A DNA stretch of 64,000 nucleotides, taken from contig CACAWF010000004.1 in assembly GCA_902536085.1 (NCBI GenBank), forward strand, positions 1,298 to 65,297, given 5' to 3'. A program made the position numbers and the translations under genes. Of this stretch, positions 39,304 to 48,179 are shown in pieces; the stretch's first letter is position 1, and every line of letters begins with the position of its first letter. This stretch comes from an uncultured Pelagibacteraceae bacterium. GTDB taxonomy: Bacteria; Pseudomonadota; Alphaproteobacteria; Pelagibacterales; Pelagibacteraceae. The notes under the pieces were generated by a model that was not told the DNA's origin, did no database searches, and saw nothing but the letters and a program-made list of their open reading frames with translations.

Positions 39304-40173
39304 TTAATGTTGACCCTCTTTAAAGTTTTTATAACGGTTATAAGTGCACCAAGTTCTTTTCTTGGATACTTTTTGTAATTTTTTATGAGAATATCTATCT
39401 CTCCATTTATAATCAGGGTTAGGCGCGATACCTCTTCCAACTTCTGCGGCCATAGCACATTTTAATTCCACTGGATTGAAAGGTTTATCTGAGGTTGGTG
39501 TTAAAAAAACTAAGTCTTTCATATCTGGGCAGGCAGGATCTCCGTGATCATATATACTACCTAATCTGTATTTATCACCACTCTCGGGTCCTCCAACGAT
39601 TGTATTTCTAATATGACTGCCTCCATAATTTCCTTTGTTACACATCCAGGCAAAACCAGCCACGTGAGCTAATTCATGCAGTGTCATAATACTTCTTTTT
39701 GCTTTATTACCAATATATTTACTTTTTAAAAATATGTATCCATGATGAACGGATCCTTGACCACCATCTCGATGACCAACATCAACCCATGAAAAATAAA
39801 GTTTATTTGGATCATTAAATCCATTTTTTGTAAGAAAAGCATCTGGATAGTTCATTCCATAATTTCCTTTGTATTTTTTATCAAAACGAACAAACGAGAT
39901 ATCTAGTTTTCCATCTTTTCTCATATCATATCTAAATTTTTGTTTTCCCTTTGTCATTTCAAAAAATTTTTCATTTACTTTCATGAGTTCAGATTCCATT
40001 TTACCATTAATATCCCACTCCCTGTCTTTGCTATCTTTATTTAACAAGTATATGAAATGAACTTGTGGATCATTTGTTACATCTGGCTGATCTTTAAAAA
40101 ATCTGCCTGGTTTTTCATCAGCAAACGCAGATGAAACCATCAACAAAGCTAGAAATAAAATAATTTTTCTCAT
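39304..40173 (-). CDS. Exported protein with HExxH zincin motif, inserted between the two ABC permease genes
   Basis: Signal peptide ending SAFA; TLHELAHVAG; further His and Cys downstream. Confidence 0.65.
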   Translation of the reverse strand: MRKIILFLALLMVSSAFADEKPGRFFKDQPDVTNDPQVHFIYLLNKDSKDREWDINGKMESELMKVNEKFFEMTKGKQKFRYDMRKDGKLDISFVRFDKKYKGNYGMNYPDAFLTKNGFNDPNKLYFSWVDVGHRDGGQGSVHHGYIFLKSKYIGNKAKRSIMTLHELAHVAGFAWMCNKGNYGGSHIRNTIVGGPESGDKYRLGSIYDHGDPACPDMKDLVFLTPTSDKPFNPVELKCAMAAEVGRGIAPNPDYKWRDRYSHKKLQKVSKKRTWCTYNRYKNFKEGQH

Positions 40174-41063
40174 TTTAAATATTCCCTTTTTTTCGAAAGT
40201 TTAAATCTTCTGTAAACTAAGATTAAGACTAGGAGTAAAAATACTGCGCCAATTCTAAATTCTGTTCCTAAAATATAATCGGCGAATTCCTCAAAAAGAC
40301 CTAGCCCCATTCCTGAGACTGCTACCGCAGGTAAATTTCCAAGACCTGCAACAATAACTATCATGAAGGATCTTACTGTATAAGGAAGTCCTACGTAAGG
40401 GTGAAGTGTTAAAGTTATTGAAATTAAAGCTCCTGCAATTCCACATAGCGCAGCGTTAATACCAAATGTTGCAGCATAAACTTTTTCTGTATCTACACCT
40501 AAAATTTTTGCAGCTCTAGCATTTTGTGCTGTAGCTCTTATAGCTCGTCCAAGTCTGGATTTTTTCATGTAAATAACCAAAGCTACTGCATATAAAACAC
40601 TTATAAAAGCTGAGAATATTTTTGAATTTGGTAAAGTTACTGAATTATCAAATAACATTGTTGTTCCGTATTCAGACTGTGCCACAACTACGTCTGCACC
40701 AAAAATAAAATTCATTAGTTGTTGGAATACGATAGCAATACCAAAAGTGGCTAAAATAGAAATAAATAAATCTCGGTCCACAACTTTATTAATTACAAGT
40801 TTATAAAGTCCCCATCCAACAAAAAACATTATAATTGGAGAAATAATAACTCCCCAAGCAGGATGAATTCCCCAAAGATAAATAGTGTATGCAATGTAAC
40901 CTCCAAGAATAACTAAGTCTCCTTGCGCAATGTTAATTATATTCATTACACCCCATTGAAGTGCCATGCCGTATGCTATTAATGCAAATAATATACCTAA
41001 AAGAATACCATCCAGTGATGCCTGGACCATTAACATTGGAGCTTTAAAAATAAGAAAGTCCAT
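40170..41063 (-). CDS. HAAT ABC permease (LivH-like)
   Basis: WGVMNIINIAQG, GRAIRATAQN..AA..LGV, AGLGN. Confidence 0.9.
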   Translation of the reverse strand: MDFLIFKAPMLMVQASLDGILLGILFALIAYGMALQWGVMNIINIAQGDLVILGGYIAYTIYLWGIHPAWGVIISPIIMFFVGWGLYKLVINKVVDRDLFISILATFGIAIVFQQLMNFIFGADVVVAQSEYGTTMLFDNSVTLPNSKIFSAFISVLYAVALVIYMKKSRLGRAIRATAQNARAAKILGVDTEKVYAATFGINAALCGIAGALISITLTLHPYVGLPYTVRSFMIVIVAGLGNLPAVAVSGMGLGLFEEFADYILGTEFRIGAVFLLLVLILVYRRFKLSKKREYLK

Positions 41064-41080
41064 AAAATTTTAAAACTTAT

Positions 41081-41114
41081 AAAAGAAAAGCCCCTAGAAA
41101 ACTAGGGGCTTTTC
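41081..41114 (-). terminator. Terminator-like or mRNA-stabilising hairpin between the binding protein and permease genes
   Basis: GAAAAGCCCCTAG-AAAA-CTAGGGGCTTTTC perfect 13-bp stem. Confidence 0.8.
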
Positions 41115-41131
41115 AAATTAATCAGAAGTTA

Positions 41132-42373
41132 TTAGCTTCTTTCAGACCATTTCGGGATTGGATGATAGAACTTATCAGAAGCCCATTTTGTTGGAGCTAC
41201 TACTCTATTCTCACAATCATCGCCTTTACATCTTACTTGGAACAAGATCATTGGCTTAGCAACGTTTTGGCCACCAGGTCCAAATTTAATGTTTCCATAG
41301 AAAGTTTGCATTTCTGTATCAACTAGCGCATCTCTAACTGCATCTCTGTCAAAAGAATTTGCTCTTTCGAACGCATCTTTAAACACTAACAATGCTGCAG
41401 AAGACTCTGCTGATTGATATGGCGGGTCATATCCAAATTCTTTTTGGAAGTCTTTAGCGTATTTCTTACCAGAGCCAAAGAATTTATCTTTGTAAGATAA
41501 ATTTTTGTGCCACTGAGAAGCACACAATGCGAATTCTGATTTCTTTCCATGTTGTTTAGAAAGTTTTGCAGCATCACAGTGTGTCATCGCTAACATAGGA
41601 ACATCAACTTTCATTTCAGAAATTTGTCTGATTGCAGTTAATGCACCTTTTGTGTGACCTGATACAACAAGCACATCTGGCTTAACAGCTTTTACTTTAG
41701 CCAATGTAGCTGCCATATCGTTAAGTTCTTTTGGTAGTTTGTCATCGATGATGATCTCAGATCCAGTTCTTTTTGCTGCATCTAAAATACCAAGTCTCAC
41801 GTCTTGTGAGAAAGCATCTTGTTCAAATGCTTGAGCAATTTTTACTCCTTTACCACCGTTTTTTTCTACCGCTAAATCAATAGCTACTTCAAGGTATTGG
41901 TTAGCTGGTGATAACACCGCGAACAAATATTTGTATCCTTTAGTAAATAAAGATCTAGATGCACCATTCGCTTCAACCATAGGAATTTTATATTTCTCGG
42001 TTACTGGTGCAATGGCTTTCGTTAAACCTGAACTGTATGGTCCAAGCATGTAATGAACGCCATCTTGTTTAATTAGTCTTTCAGCTAATTGAGCGGCTCT
42101 TTTTGGGTTTGACTCATCATCATAGTAAATGATCTCAAACTTATATTTCTTACCTTGTACTTCTACTCCACCCATTTTGTTAATTCTGTCAACGGCCATG
42201 TTATAACCATTTTGAGTATGAACTCCATTTGAAGAGTATTTACCTGTAAGAGATATTGCAGAACCTAACACAATGTATTCACCTTCTACTTTTGCAAAAG
42301 AGGAAGTGAAAGATACAAGTGCTAAAGTTATAGCTGAAATAAATGTAACAAATAGTTTTGCTATTTTATTCAT
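41132..42373 (-). CDS. HAAT-family ABC substrate-binding protein (ligand uncertain, possibly dicarboxylates)
   Basis: Signal peptide, SLTGKY, YYDDES, LGPYSS, TFYG.IKF. Confidence 0.88.
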   Translation of the reverse strand: MNKIAKLFVTFISAITLALVSFTSSFAKVEGEYIVLGSAISLTGKYSSNGVHTQNGYNMAVDRINKMGGVEVQGKKYKFEIIYYDDESNPKRAAQLAERLIKQDGVHYMLGPYSSGLTKAIAPVTEKYKIPMVEANGASRSLFTKGYKYLFAVLSPANQYLEVAIDLAVEKNGGKGVKIAQAFEQDAFSQDVRLGILDAAKRTGSEIIIDDKLPKELNDMAATLAKVKAVKPDVLVVSGHTKGALTAIRQISEMKVDVPMLAMTHCDAAKLSKQHGKKSEFALCASQWHKNLSYKDKFFGSGKKYAKDFQKEFGYDPPYQSAESSAALLVFKDAFERANSFDRDAVRDALVDTEMQTFYGNIKFGPGGQNVAKPMILFQVRCKGDDCENRVVAPTKWASDKFYHPIPKWSERS

Positions 42374-42451
42374 TATTTCCCTTCTTGTTAATTAATTAAT
42401 TAATAATTAATTAAAACAAGAAATTGAGATTTTGACAACAGTAAGAAGTGA

Positions 42452-43078
42452 TTAAAAATTCTGTGTCGCAGCAATGTAAACTGCTAAAATTAGAAGAACA
42501 CACGCAGAAATTGTATTTAATAGCTTTGGTTTGCTTCTTAGCCATACTGAAATTTTTTCAGCTGCTAATCCGTAAATCATTAACGTTAAAAAATCTAAAA
42601 CTACATATGTGATTAATAATATTAAAAACTGCGAAATGATATTTGATCCAAAATTAATAAAGGTAGGAAAAATTGTTCCAAAGAATAAAAGTGCCTTTGG
42701 GCTTAAACCTGCAACTAATAATCCATCTTTATAAAATGATAGTGGTGATTTTAAATTTTGATTTTTAGAATTAAAACTTCGAATTTTTGAATTAAAGGTG
42801 TCATAGGCTAAATAAATTATATAAAATATCCCTGCCCATTTTAAATAGTAAAGGACTTGCGGGTTATCGCTTAAAAAAGAACCAATTAAAAAAACTACTA
42901 AAATAGCTTGAATAGTATTTGCAGATATATCTCCTAAAGCAGTCCAAACAGATCTATTTAATCCATAGTTTAACGTGTGTGAAACAATTACAACTCTGGG
43001 CGGACCGGGAGAAATAAATAAAAATAAAATGATTTGTAAAAATATTATATAGTCTGTTGGAAACATTTGATAAGTCAC
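42452..43078 (-). CDS. LysE/RhtB-family exporter
   Basis: SPGP, LKWAG..YIIYL, LSPKALLFF. Confidence 0.85.
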   Translation of the reverse strand: MTYQMFPTDYIIFLQIILFLFISPGPPRVVIVSHTLNYGLNRSVWTALGDISANTIQAILVVFLIGSFLSDNPQVLYYLKWAGIFYIIYLAYDTFNSKIRSFNSKNQNLKSPLSFYKDGLLVAGLSPKALLFFGTIFPTFINFGSNIISQFLILLITYVVLDFLTLMIYGLAAEKISVWLRSKPKLLNTISACVLLILAVYIAATQNF

Positions 43079-43091
43079 TATATATAAATTT

Positions 43092-43388
43092 ATGAAGAAA
43101 AAAAGTTTTATCCCTCAAACAAGAGTTAAAAACCCTGAGCCTAAAAAAAAGGATGATAATTGGATTATTTGGGCTGCTTGGGCAGATAGAATTACTTTTG
43201 AAGAGATAAAAGAAAAAACTGGAAAGAATGAGTCACAAGTCATTAAAATAATGCGAAAAAATTTAAAACCAGGCTCCTTCCGCTTATGGAGGAAAAGAGT
43301 ACACAATACTAGCATTAAACACAGGAAAAAGTTTCAGTTAGGTAGAAAAAAACTTAGAGAAAAAATTAAATTAACTGATATATATTAA
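43092..43388 (+). CDS. TIGR03643/DUF2805-family protein
   Basis: AWADRITFE.I, VIKIMR..LK..SF.LWRKRV. Confidence 0.8.
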   Translation: MKKKSFIPQTRVKNPEPKKKDDNWIIWAAWADRITFEEIKEKTGKNESQVIKIMRKNLKPGSFRLWRKRVHNTSIKHRKKFQLGRKKLREKIKLTDIY

Positions 43389-43390
43389 TT

Positions 43391-43651
43391 ATGAAAAAAG
43401 TCACAATGTATACTGGCAATCCTTGCTCATTTTGTGCAGCAGCTAAAGCGTTATTAAAAACAAAAAATGTTGAGATAGAGGAAATAGACATTTGGGCAGA
43501 TCCAGCTAACGCAAAAGAAATGTTACAAAGAACCAATGGCGTAAGAACTATTCCTCAAATTTTTATTGGGGATCATTACATTGGTGGTAATGATAAACTT
43601 CAGGAAGCGAACAGAAATGGTGAATTAGATAAAATTTTAAAAGGAGAATGA
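43391..43651 (+). CDS. grxC: Glutaredoxin 3
   Basis: CSFC, TIPQIFI, IGG. Confidence 0.9.
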   Translation: MKKVTMYTGNPCSFCAAAKALLKTKNVEIEEIDIWADPANAKEMLQRTNGVRTIPQIFIGDHYIGGNDKLQEANRNGELDKILKGE

Positions 43652-44100
43652 GGAGAAATTTTTTAAAATATTTAAGCTTAACAATTTTTTCATCTTTTAT
43701 TTTTCCATTAAACTCACTATTTGCTAATACAAAAAAAATTATCAATAAAAACCTTACAAAAAAACAAAAAGAAATAATGTTTAACGAGGGCACTGAAAGA
43801 CCCTTTTCTAGTGATTTACTAAGAGAAAGTAGAAAGGGTTTTTATCATTGCGCTAATTGTGGAAATAAACTTTTTGCTTCTACTAGTAAGTTCGACAGCG
43901 GTACTGGTTGGCCATCATTTTCAGAGGCTTTACCTGGAGCATTTAAAACTAAGATAGATTACAAATTTGGAATGAAAAGAACAGAATATCATTGCGCTAA
44001 ATGCGGTGCACATCATGGACATGTCTTTAATGATGGACCAACTAAAAGTGGTAAAAGATTTTGTAATAATGGTCTTTGTTTAATTTTCAGGCCTGAGTAA
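43648..44100 (+). CDS. msrB: Methionine-R-sulfoxide reductase B with Tat-like signal
   Basis: MRRNFLKY twin-Arg signal; GTERPF, SGTGWPSF, GHVF.DGP, RFCNN. Confidence 0.93.
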   Translation: MRRNFLKYLSLTIFSSFIFPLNSLFANTKKIINKNLTKKQKEIMFNEGTERPFSSDLLRESRKGFYHCANCGNKLFASTSKFDSGTGWPSFSEALPGAFKTKIDYKFGMKRTEYHCAKCGAHHGHVFNDGPTKSGKRFCNNGLCLIFRPE

Positions 44101-44102
44101 AA

Positions 44103-45005
44103 TTATTTAATATCTTGGATAAAAGGCATCGCATCCCCTGCTCCAAGTTTAGTTGTAGATATTCCAGCGACTTTATTTGCTAATTCTAAACACTCCTTTA
44201 TTGGTTTTTCTTTAGATAACCCAAAAGCTAAGCCCCCATTAAAAGCATCTCCTGCGCCAGTAGTATCAATAGCTTTTGCTACACTTGCTTTTAAATAAAT
44301 TTCTTCTTTTCCATCAGAATAAAAGAGCCCTTTTTCTCCAAGCGTAATTATTATTTTTTTAATTCCTAAATTTAAAAGTTTATCTGCTGCCTCCTTTGCC
44401 TCTTTCTCGCTAGTAATCTTTATTCCAGTATAAAATTCGGCCTCGGTTTCATTAGGCGTAAAAAAATCGATATTATTAAAAAACTCTTTTGAAATTTCAG
44501 ATGCTGGTGCAGGATTTAAAATAGTAATGCATCCATTTTCTTTAGCAGTTTTCAAACAATGTAAGGTTACGTCTTTAGGAACCTCTAATTGAGTTAAAAA
44601 AATTTTTGATCTTTTTATTAAATTAATTTGTTTTTCAATTTCACTTATTCGCAAAGAGCTTGGGGCACCTACAATTACATTGATTGCGTTTTTTCCAGTA
44701 TTTTGATCTACCAAAATTCCTGCTACGCCAGTTTGTTGATTGCCATCTTGAATTATATTTTTTGTAGAAATTTTATTTTTTTCAAGAGTTTTAAGAGCTA
44801 ACTCTCCGTATGCGTCTTTACCAATTTTACTTATAAAGTTTGTATTTCCGCCAAGTCTTGCAATTGCTATGGCTTGATTGCAACCTTTTCCGCCTGGACC
44901 CACATTATATTTTTTTCCCAAAATAGTTTCACCTATTGATGGGATTTTAGGTCCTGAAAAACTTATGTCAGCAACAAAAATTCCTAAGACTGTAATTTCG
45001 CTCAT
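44103..45005 (-). CDS. rbsK: Ribokinase (PfkB family)
   Basis: GGKGCNQA, LNPAPA, PNETE, DTTGAGDAF. Confidence 0.9.
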   Translation of the reverse strand: MSEITVLGIFVADISFSGPKIPSIGETILGKKYNVGPGGKGCNQAIAIARLGGNTNFISKIGKDAYGELALKTLEKNKISTKNIIQDGNQQTGVAGILVDQNTGKNAINVIVGAPSSLRISEIEKQINLIKRSKIFLTQLEVPKDVTLHCLKTAKENGCITILNPAPASEISKEFFNNIDFFTPNETEAEFYTGIKITSEKEAKEAADKLLNLGIKKIIITLGEKGLFYSDGKEEIYLKASVAKAIDTTGAGDAFNGGLAFGLSKEKPIKECLELANKVAGISTTKLGAGDAMPFIQDIK

Positions 45006-45721
45006 TAACCAACTTTAGCGAGAATTGGAAAGGTCGTCAAAATATAATAACTTATAACTTGAATATAATTTGTAGTAATCAAGATGCCAGTAATTAAAAG
45101 AATAGCTCCGCCAGATTTTGTAATAGTCCCATAATATTTTCCAAATCCTTTTTTAGAATTTAAAAATCTACTCATGTAATACCCGGATAATATAAATGGG
45201 ATAGCTAAACCTAAAGAATAAAATGATAATAATAAAATTCCTTTGCTAATTGTAGCTTCTGTAGCAGATAAAGCAATTATAGATCCTAAAACTGGACCAA
45301 TACATGGTGTCCAGCCAAATGCAAAAGCTGCACCAACTATAAACGGAAATGCATAATTGTCTTTGTAATTTGAATTAGTCTGAATTCTTTTTTCTGTATT
45401 TAAAAAAGAAAAATTTAAAAAACCTAACATTTGTAATGAAAAAATAATAATTATTAATCCTGCGACTATTCTTAACTCACTCGAAAAGAAAAGAAGTACG
45501 TTTCCTATTGCAGAGGCAGCCGCTCCAAGTGTTATAAAAACAAATGAGAAACCAAGTGAAAAAAGAATAGTTTTAGTCAAAACTATTGATTTGTCTTTGT
45601 CTATTTCCCCTAAATCTTTTCCAGTAATATATGAAATATAACCTGGAATAATTGGAAGTACGCAAGGGGTGAGAAAACTTATAAATCCAGCCCCAAATGC
45701 AAACACAAATTTAATGATCAT
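45005..45721 (-). CDS. ccdA: CcdA/DsbD-type transmembrane electron transporter
   Basis: SFLTPCVLP and GWTPCIGP motifs. Confidence 0.92.
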   Translation of the reverse strand: MIIKFVFAFGAGFISFLTPCVLPIIPGYISYITGKDLGEIDKDKSIVLTKTILFSLGFSFVFITLGAAASAIGNVLLFFSSELRIVAGLIIIIFSLQMLGFLNFSFLNTEKRIQTNSNYKDNYAFPFIVGAAFAFGWTPCIGPVLGSIIALSATEATISKGILLLSFYSLGLAIPFILSGYYMSRFLNSKKGFGKYYGTITKSGGAILLITGILITTNYIQVISYYILTTFPILAKVG

Positions 45722-45771
45722 ATTACGTTTATATTTGCCTTTGAACTTTACCGCAATTACAATATTGGCTC

Positions 45772-46116
45772 ATGATAATTAAATACGTAGGTTTTTTATT
45801 CACTCTTTTGTGGTCATATACTTTCATTAAGTCTCAAAGTATTTTTAAAAAAGGATCAGGTATTTTAATTACTTTATTTGTAACCAATATATCCTGGTTC
45901 ACTTTTATCGCAGCTTGCTTTTATGGCCTTAAAAATTTTAGCTTTTACCATGCTTTACTTGGTATAGCTTTAAGTATTATTTTGGTCCACTTGGCTTTTT
46001 CTCGATTAACTTTATTCATCAATAACAAATTTCAGGATAAAAACACACTTTTAAAAATTAAAACATTTATTGAATATTTAATTTTAATAACAGTTGGATA
46101 TTTTATATTTTTTTAA
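45772..46116 (+). CDS. Hypothetical membrane protein
   Basis: Hydrophobic ORF filling the gap; no motif recognised. Confidence 0.55.
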   Translation: MIIKYVGFLFTLLWSYTFIKSQSIFKKGSGILITLFVTNISWFTFIAACFYGLKNFSFYHALLGIALSIILVHLAFSRLTLFINNKFQDKNTLLKIKTFIEYLILITVGYFIFF

Positions 46117-46670
46117 AAAGTATTTATTCTAGATAAAACTTTAAAATTTTTATCAGTGATAACTAGTTCACCAGATCGTGTTGTTTCTCCGGTTATCGCC
46201 AAGATAATTACATAATGCGTAACTAAAACTAGGTTTCCCCCTTTACCATTCCAATTATTTACATATTTTTTTAAGTCCTTAATCTGCTGTTTTTCATTTT
46301 GGTCGTATGGCGGAGTATAAGTAGAATTTAACGCGGAAAATTCTTTGAAATTGCCAAAAGCATATTTTGCAGTATCTTTGCATCTACACCACTGGCTTGA
46401 TAAAACTTTATCAATTTTAACTTTTTTTTCTCTAAAAAGTTTACCAATTTTTTTTGCTTGATTAATGCCCATTATGTCTAGATTTCTTTGAGTTTTACAA
46501 TCTTCAATTATAAATCCTTCTGGGTCTCCGCCCCCAGGGGCTTTGGCATGTCTAATTAAAATAATTTTATCTCCATCCTGAGCTGGTTTCCAATTTAAAT
46601 CTGATGCGTGAGTATGAAATGAAATAAATGAGAATATAATTGTAAGTAGGGAAATAATTTGCTTCTTCAT
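46113..46670 (-). CDS. Exported histidine phosphatase (phosphoglycerate mutase-like superfamily)
   Basis: Signal peptide; IRHA, C.TQRNL, SSQWCRC..TA, LVTH. Confidence 0.85.
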   Translation of the reverse strand: MKKQIISLLTIIFSFISFHTHASDLNWKPAQDGDKIILIRHAKAPGGGDPEGFIIEDCKTQRNLDIMGINQAKKIGKLFREKKVKIDKVLSSQWCRCKDTAKYAFGNFKEFSALNSTYTPPYDQNEKQQIKDLKKYVNNWNGKGGNLVLVTHYVIILAITGETTRSGELVITDKNFKVLSRINTF

Positions 46671-46723
46671 GGTGGATGAAATGATAATCTTACAAATTTG
46701 TGTCGCCTTGGTCTAGAGGACAT
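46667..46723 (-). CDS. Unannotated 18-aa leader peptide MSSRPRRHKFVRLSFHPP
   Basis: ATG 46723 to TGA 46667; stop overlaps the phosphatase start (ATGA); TATAAT 10 nt upstream; GC-richer than neighbouring spacers. Confidence 0.45.
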   Translation of the reverse strand: MSSRPRRHKFVRLSFHPP

Positions 46724-46785
46724 GACAAATCAGATTATAATTTTTTGATAAGTTGTATTAAAACACTTAATTGGTTTGTTAATAA

Positions 46786-47163
46786 CTACTCGCCTTTTGG
46801 TTTAAAGACTAAACATATACCATTGTTACAATATCGTTTTCCAGTAGGTTTTGGACCATCATCAAAAACATGACCGTGATGACCTCCACATTTTTTACAA
46901 TGATACTCAGTTCTTGGATAACCAATGTGCATATCTTTTTTTTCTTCAAATACCCCTGGAATAGACTCGAAAAATGAAGGCCATCCTGAACCACTCTCAT
47001 ATTTAGTTGAAGACTCAAACAATTTTGTCCCACACCCAACACAGTGATAAGAACCCTCTCTTTTTTCTTGATTTAAAGGACTACTACCTGGAGACTCTGT
47101 TCCCTCTTGTTTTAAAACATAATTTTGTTCTGGAGTTAAATTTGGATCCCAATCTTTACTCAT
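46786..47163 (-). CDS. msrB: Methionine-R-sulfoxide reductase B, no signal peptide
   Basis: [33 protein letters not shown]. Confidence 0.93.
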   Translation of the reverse strand: MSKDWDPNLTPEQNYVLKQEGTESPGSSPLNQEKREGSYHCVGCGTKLFESSTKYESGSGWPSFFESIPGVFEEKKDMHIGYPRTEYHCKKCGGHHGHVFDDGPKPTGKRYCNNGICLVFKPKGE

Positions 47164-47731
47164 CTTTGACTTTATCGTCTACACCATAAGGTCTGAAGCT
47201 ACCTTTGTTTTCCAACTTAACTGCTCTTGCAGGGATGCCAACCATCGTTGCGTTTTCTGGAACGTTTTTTACAACAACTGCGTTAGCTGCTATCCTCGCA
47301 TTGTTACCAACTTTAATTGGCCCAATTATTTGAGCACCTGAACCGATCACAACATCATTTCCAATCTTAGGATGTCTTTTTTCATGTCGTTGTCTTTCGC
47401 TATCTATACTAGGAGAACTCCCGCCCAAAGTAACATTTTGATAAATAGTAACGTTGTCTCCAATTTCAGATGTTTCACCAATTACTACACCCATACCATG
47501 ATCAATAAATAAATTTTTACCTATCGTAGCTCCAGGATGAATTTCAATTCCTGTAAAAAATCTTATTGTTTGCGAAATAATTCTAGCTATTAAATCAAAT
47601 CCAGCCTTATAAAAGAAATTAGATATTTGATGAAAGAAAACTGCCTTAACCCCTGGGTACGTAAGAATGATACTCAGTATAGATTTTGCCGCAGGATCTC
47701 TTTTTTTTATAGATTCTAAATAATCGTTCAT
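47156..47731 (-). CDS. cysE: Serine O-acetyltransferase
   Basis: [35 protein letters not shown]; likely ATG at 47731. Confidence 0.95.
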   Translation of the reverse strand: MNDYLESIKKRDPAAKSILSIILTYPGVKAVFFHQISNFFYKAGFDLIARIISQTIRFFTGIEIHPGATIGKNLFIDHGMGVVIGETSEIGDNVTIYQNVTLGGSSPSIDSERQRHEKRHPKIGNDVVIGSGAQIIGPIKVGNNARIAANAVVVKNVPENATMVGIPARAVKLENKGSFRPYGVDDKVKDE

Positions 47732-47780
47732 AAGATGTATATAATGACTACTTGATAAATTTAAAGAAGAATATATATAA

Positions 47781-48179
47781 ATGCGCATGAGTAGTTCATT
47801 CCATTTAGCAATCCCTGCAGGGGACTTAAAAAAAGCTGAGGCTTTTTATACCAATATTTTAGGATGTAAAACTGGAAATCGTGAAGACGGTAAATGGGTC
47901 GACATAGATTTTTGGGGCAATGAACTTACCTTGCATCAAACATCGATGAAACTTCCTAGAGAAAGACATGACGTAGATATGGGTCAAGTTCCAGTCCCGC
48001 ATTTTGGAGTTCATTTAAAAAAAGATGTTTTTAATAAAATTAAAGCTAATATTGAGGCTAATAAGATTAACTACATCGACAAACCTTACACTAGATTTGA
48101 AGGTACTGATTTTGAGCAAAATACATTTTTTATTGAAGATCCAAACGGAAATGTATTAGAGTTAAAAACGTTTGACTAA
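47781..48179 (+). CDS. VOC/glyoxalase-family protein
   Basis: FHLAIP..DL..A..FY, VPVPHFG, DPNGN.LE.K. Confidence 0.88.
   Translation: MRMSSSFHLAIPAGDLKKAEAFYTNILGCKTGNREDGKWVDIDFWGNELTLHQTSMKLPRERHDVDMGQVPVPHFGVHLKKDVFNKIKANIEANKINYIDKPYTRFEGTDFEQNTFFIEDPNGNVLELKTFD

Noticed and set aside
42385-42415. TTAA-N7-TTAA (CtrA-like box) and TTAA microsatellite
   Set aside because: Expected by chance in such AT-rich DNA; better explained as part of the shared binding-protein UTR motif
30860-42450. Genomic island or prophage interpretation of the transporter region
   Set aside because: No integrase, transposase, tRNA target or phage genes, and base composition looks similar to the flanks
47732-47788. 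N-terminal extension of cysE in the ORF track (similar extensions for sodB, azlD, mrdA)
   Set aside because: Overlaps the neighbouring gene or promoter; family-like sequence begins at the downstream ATG
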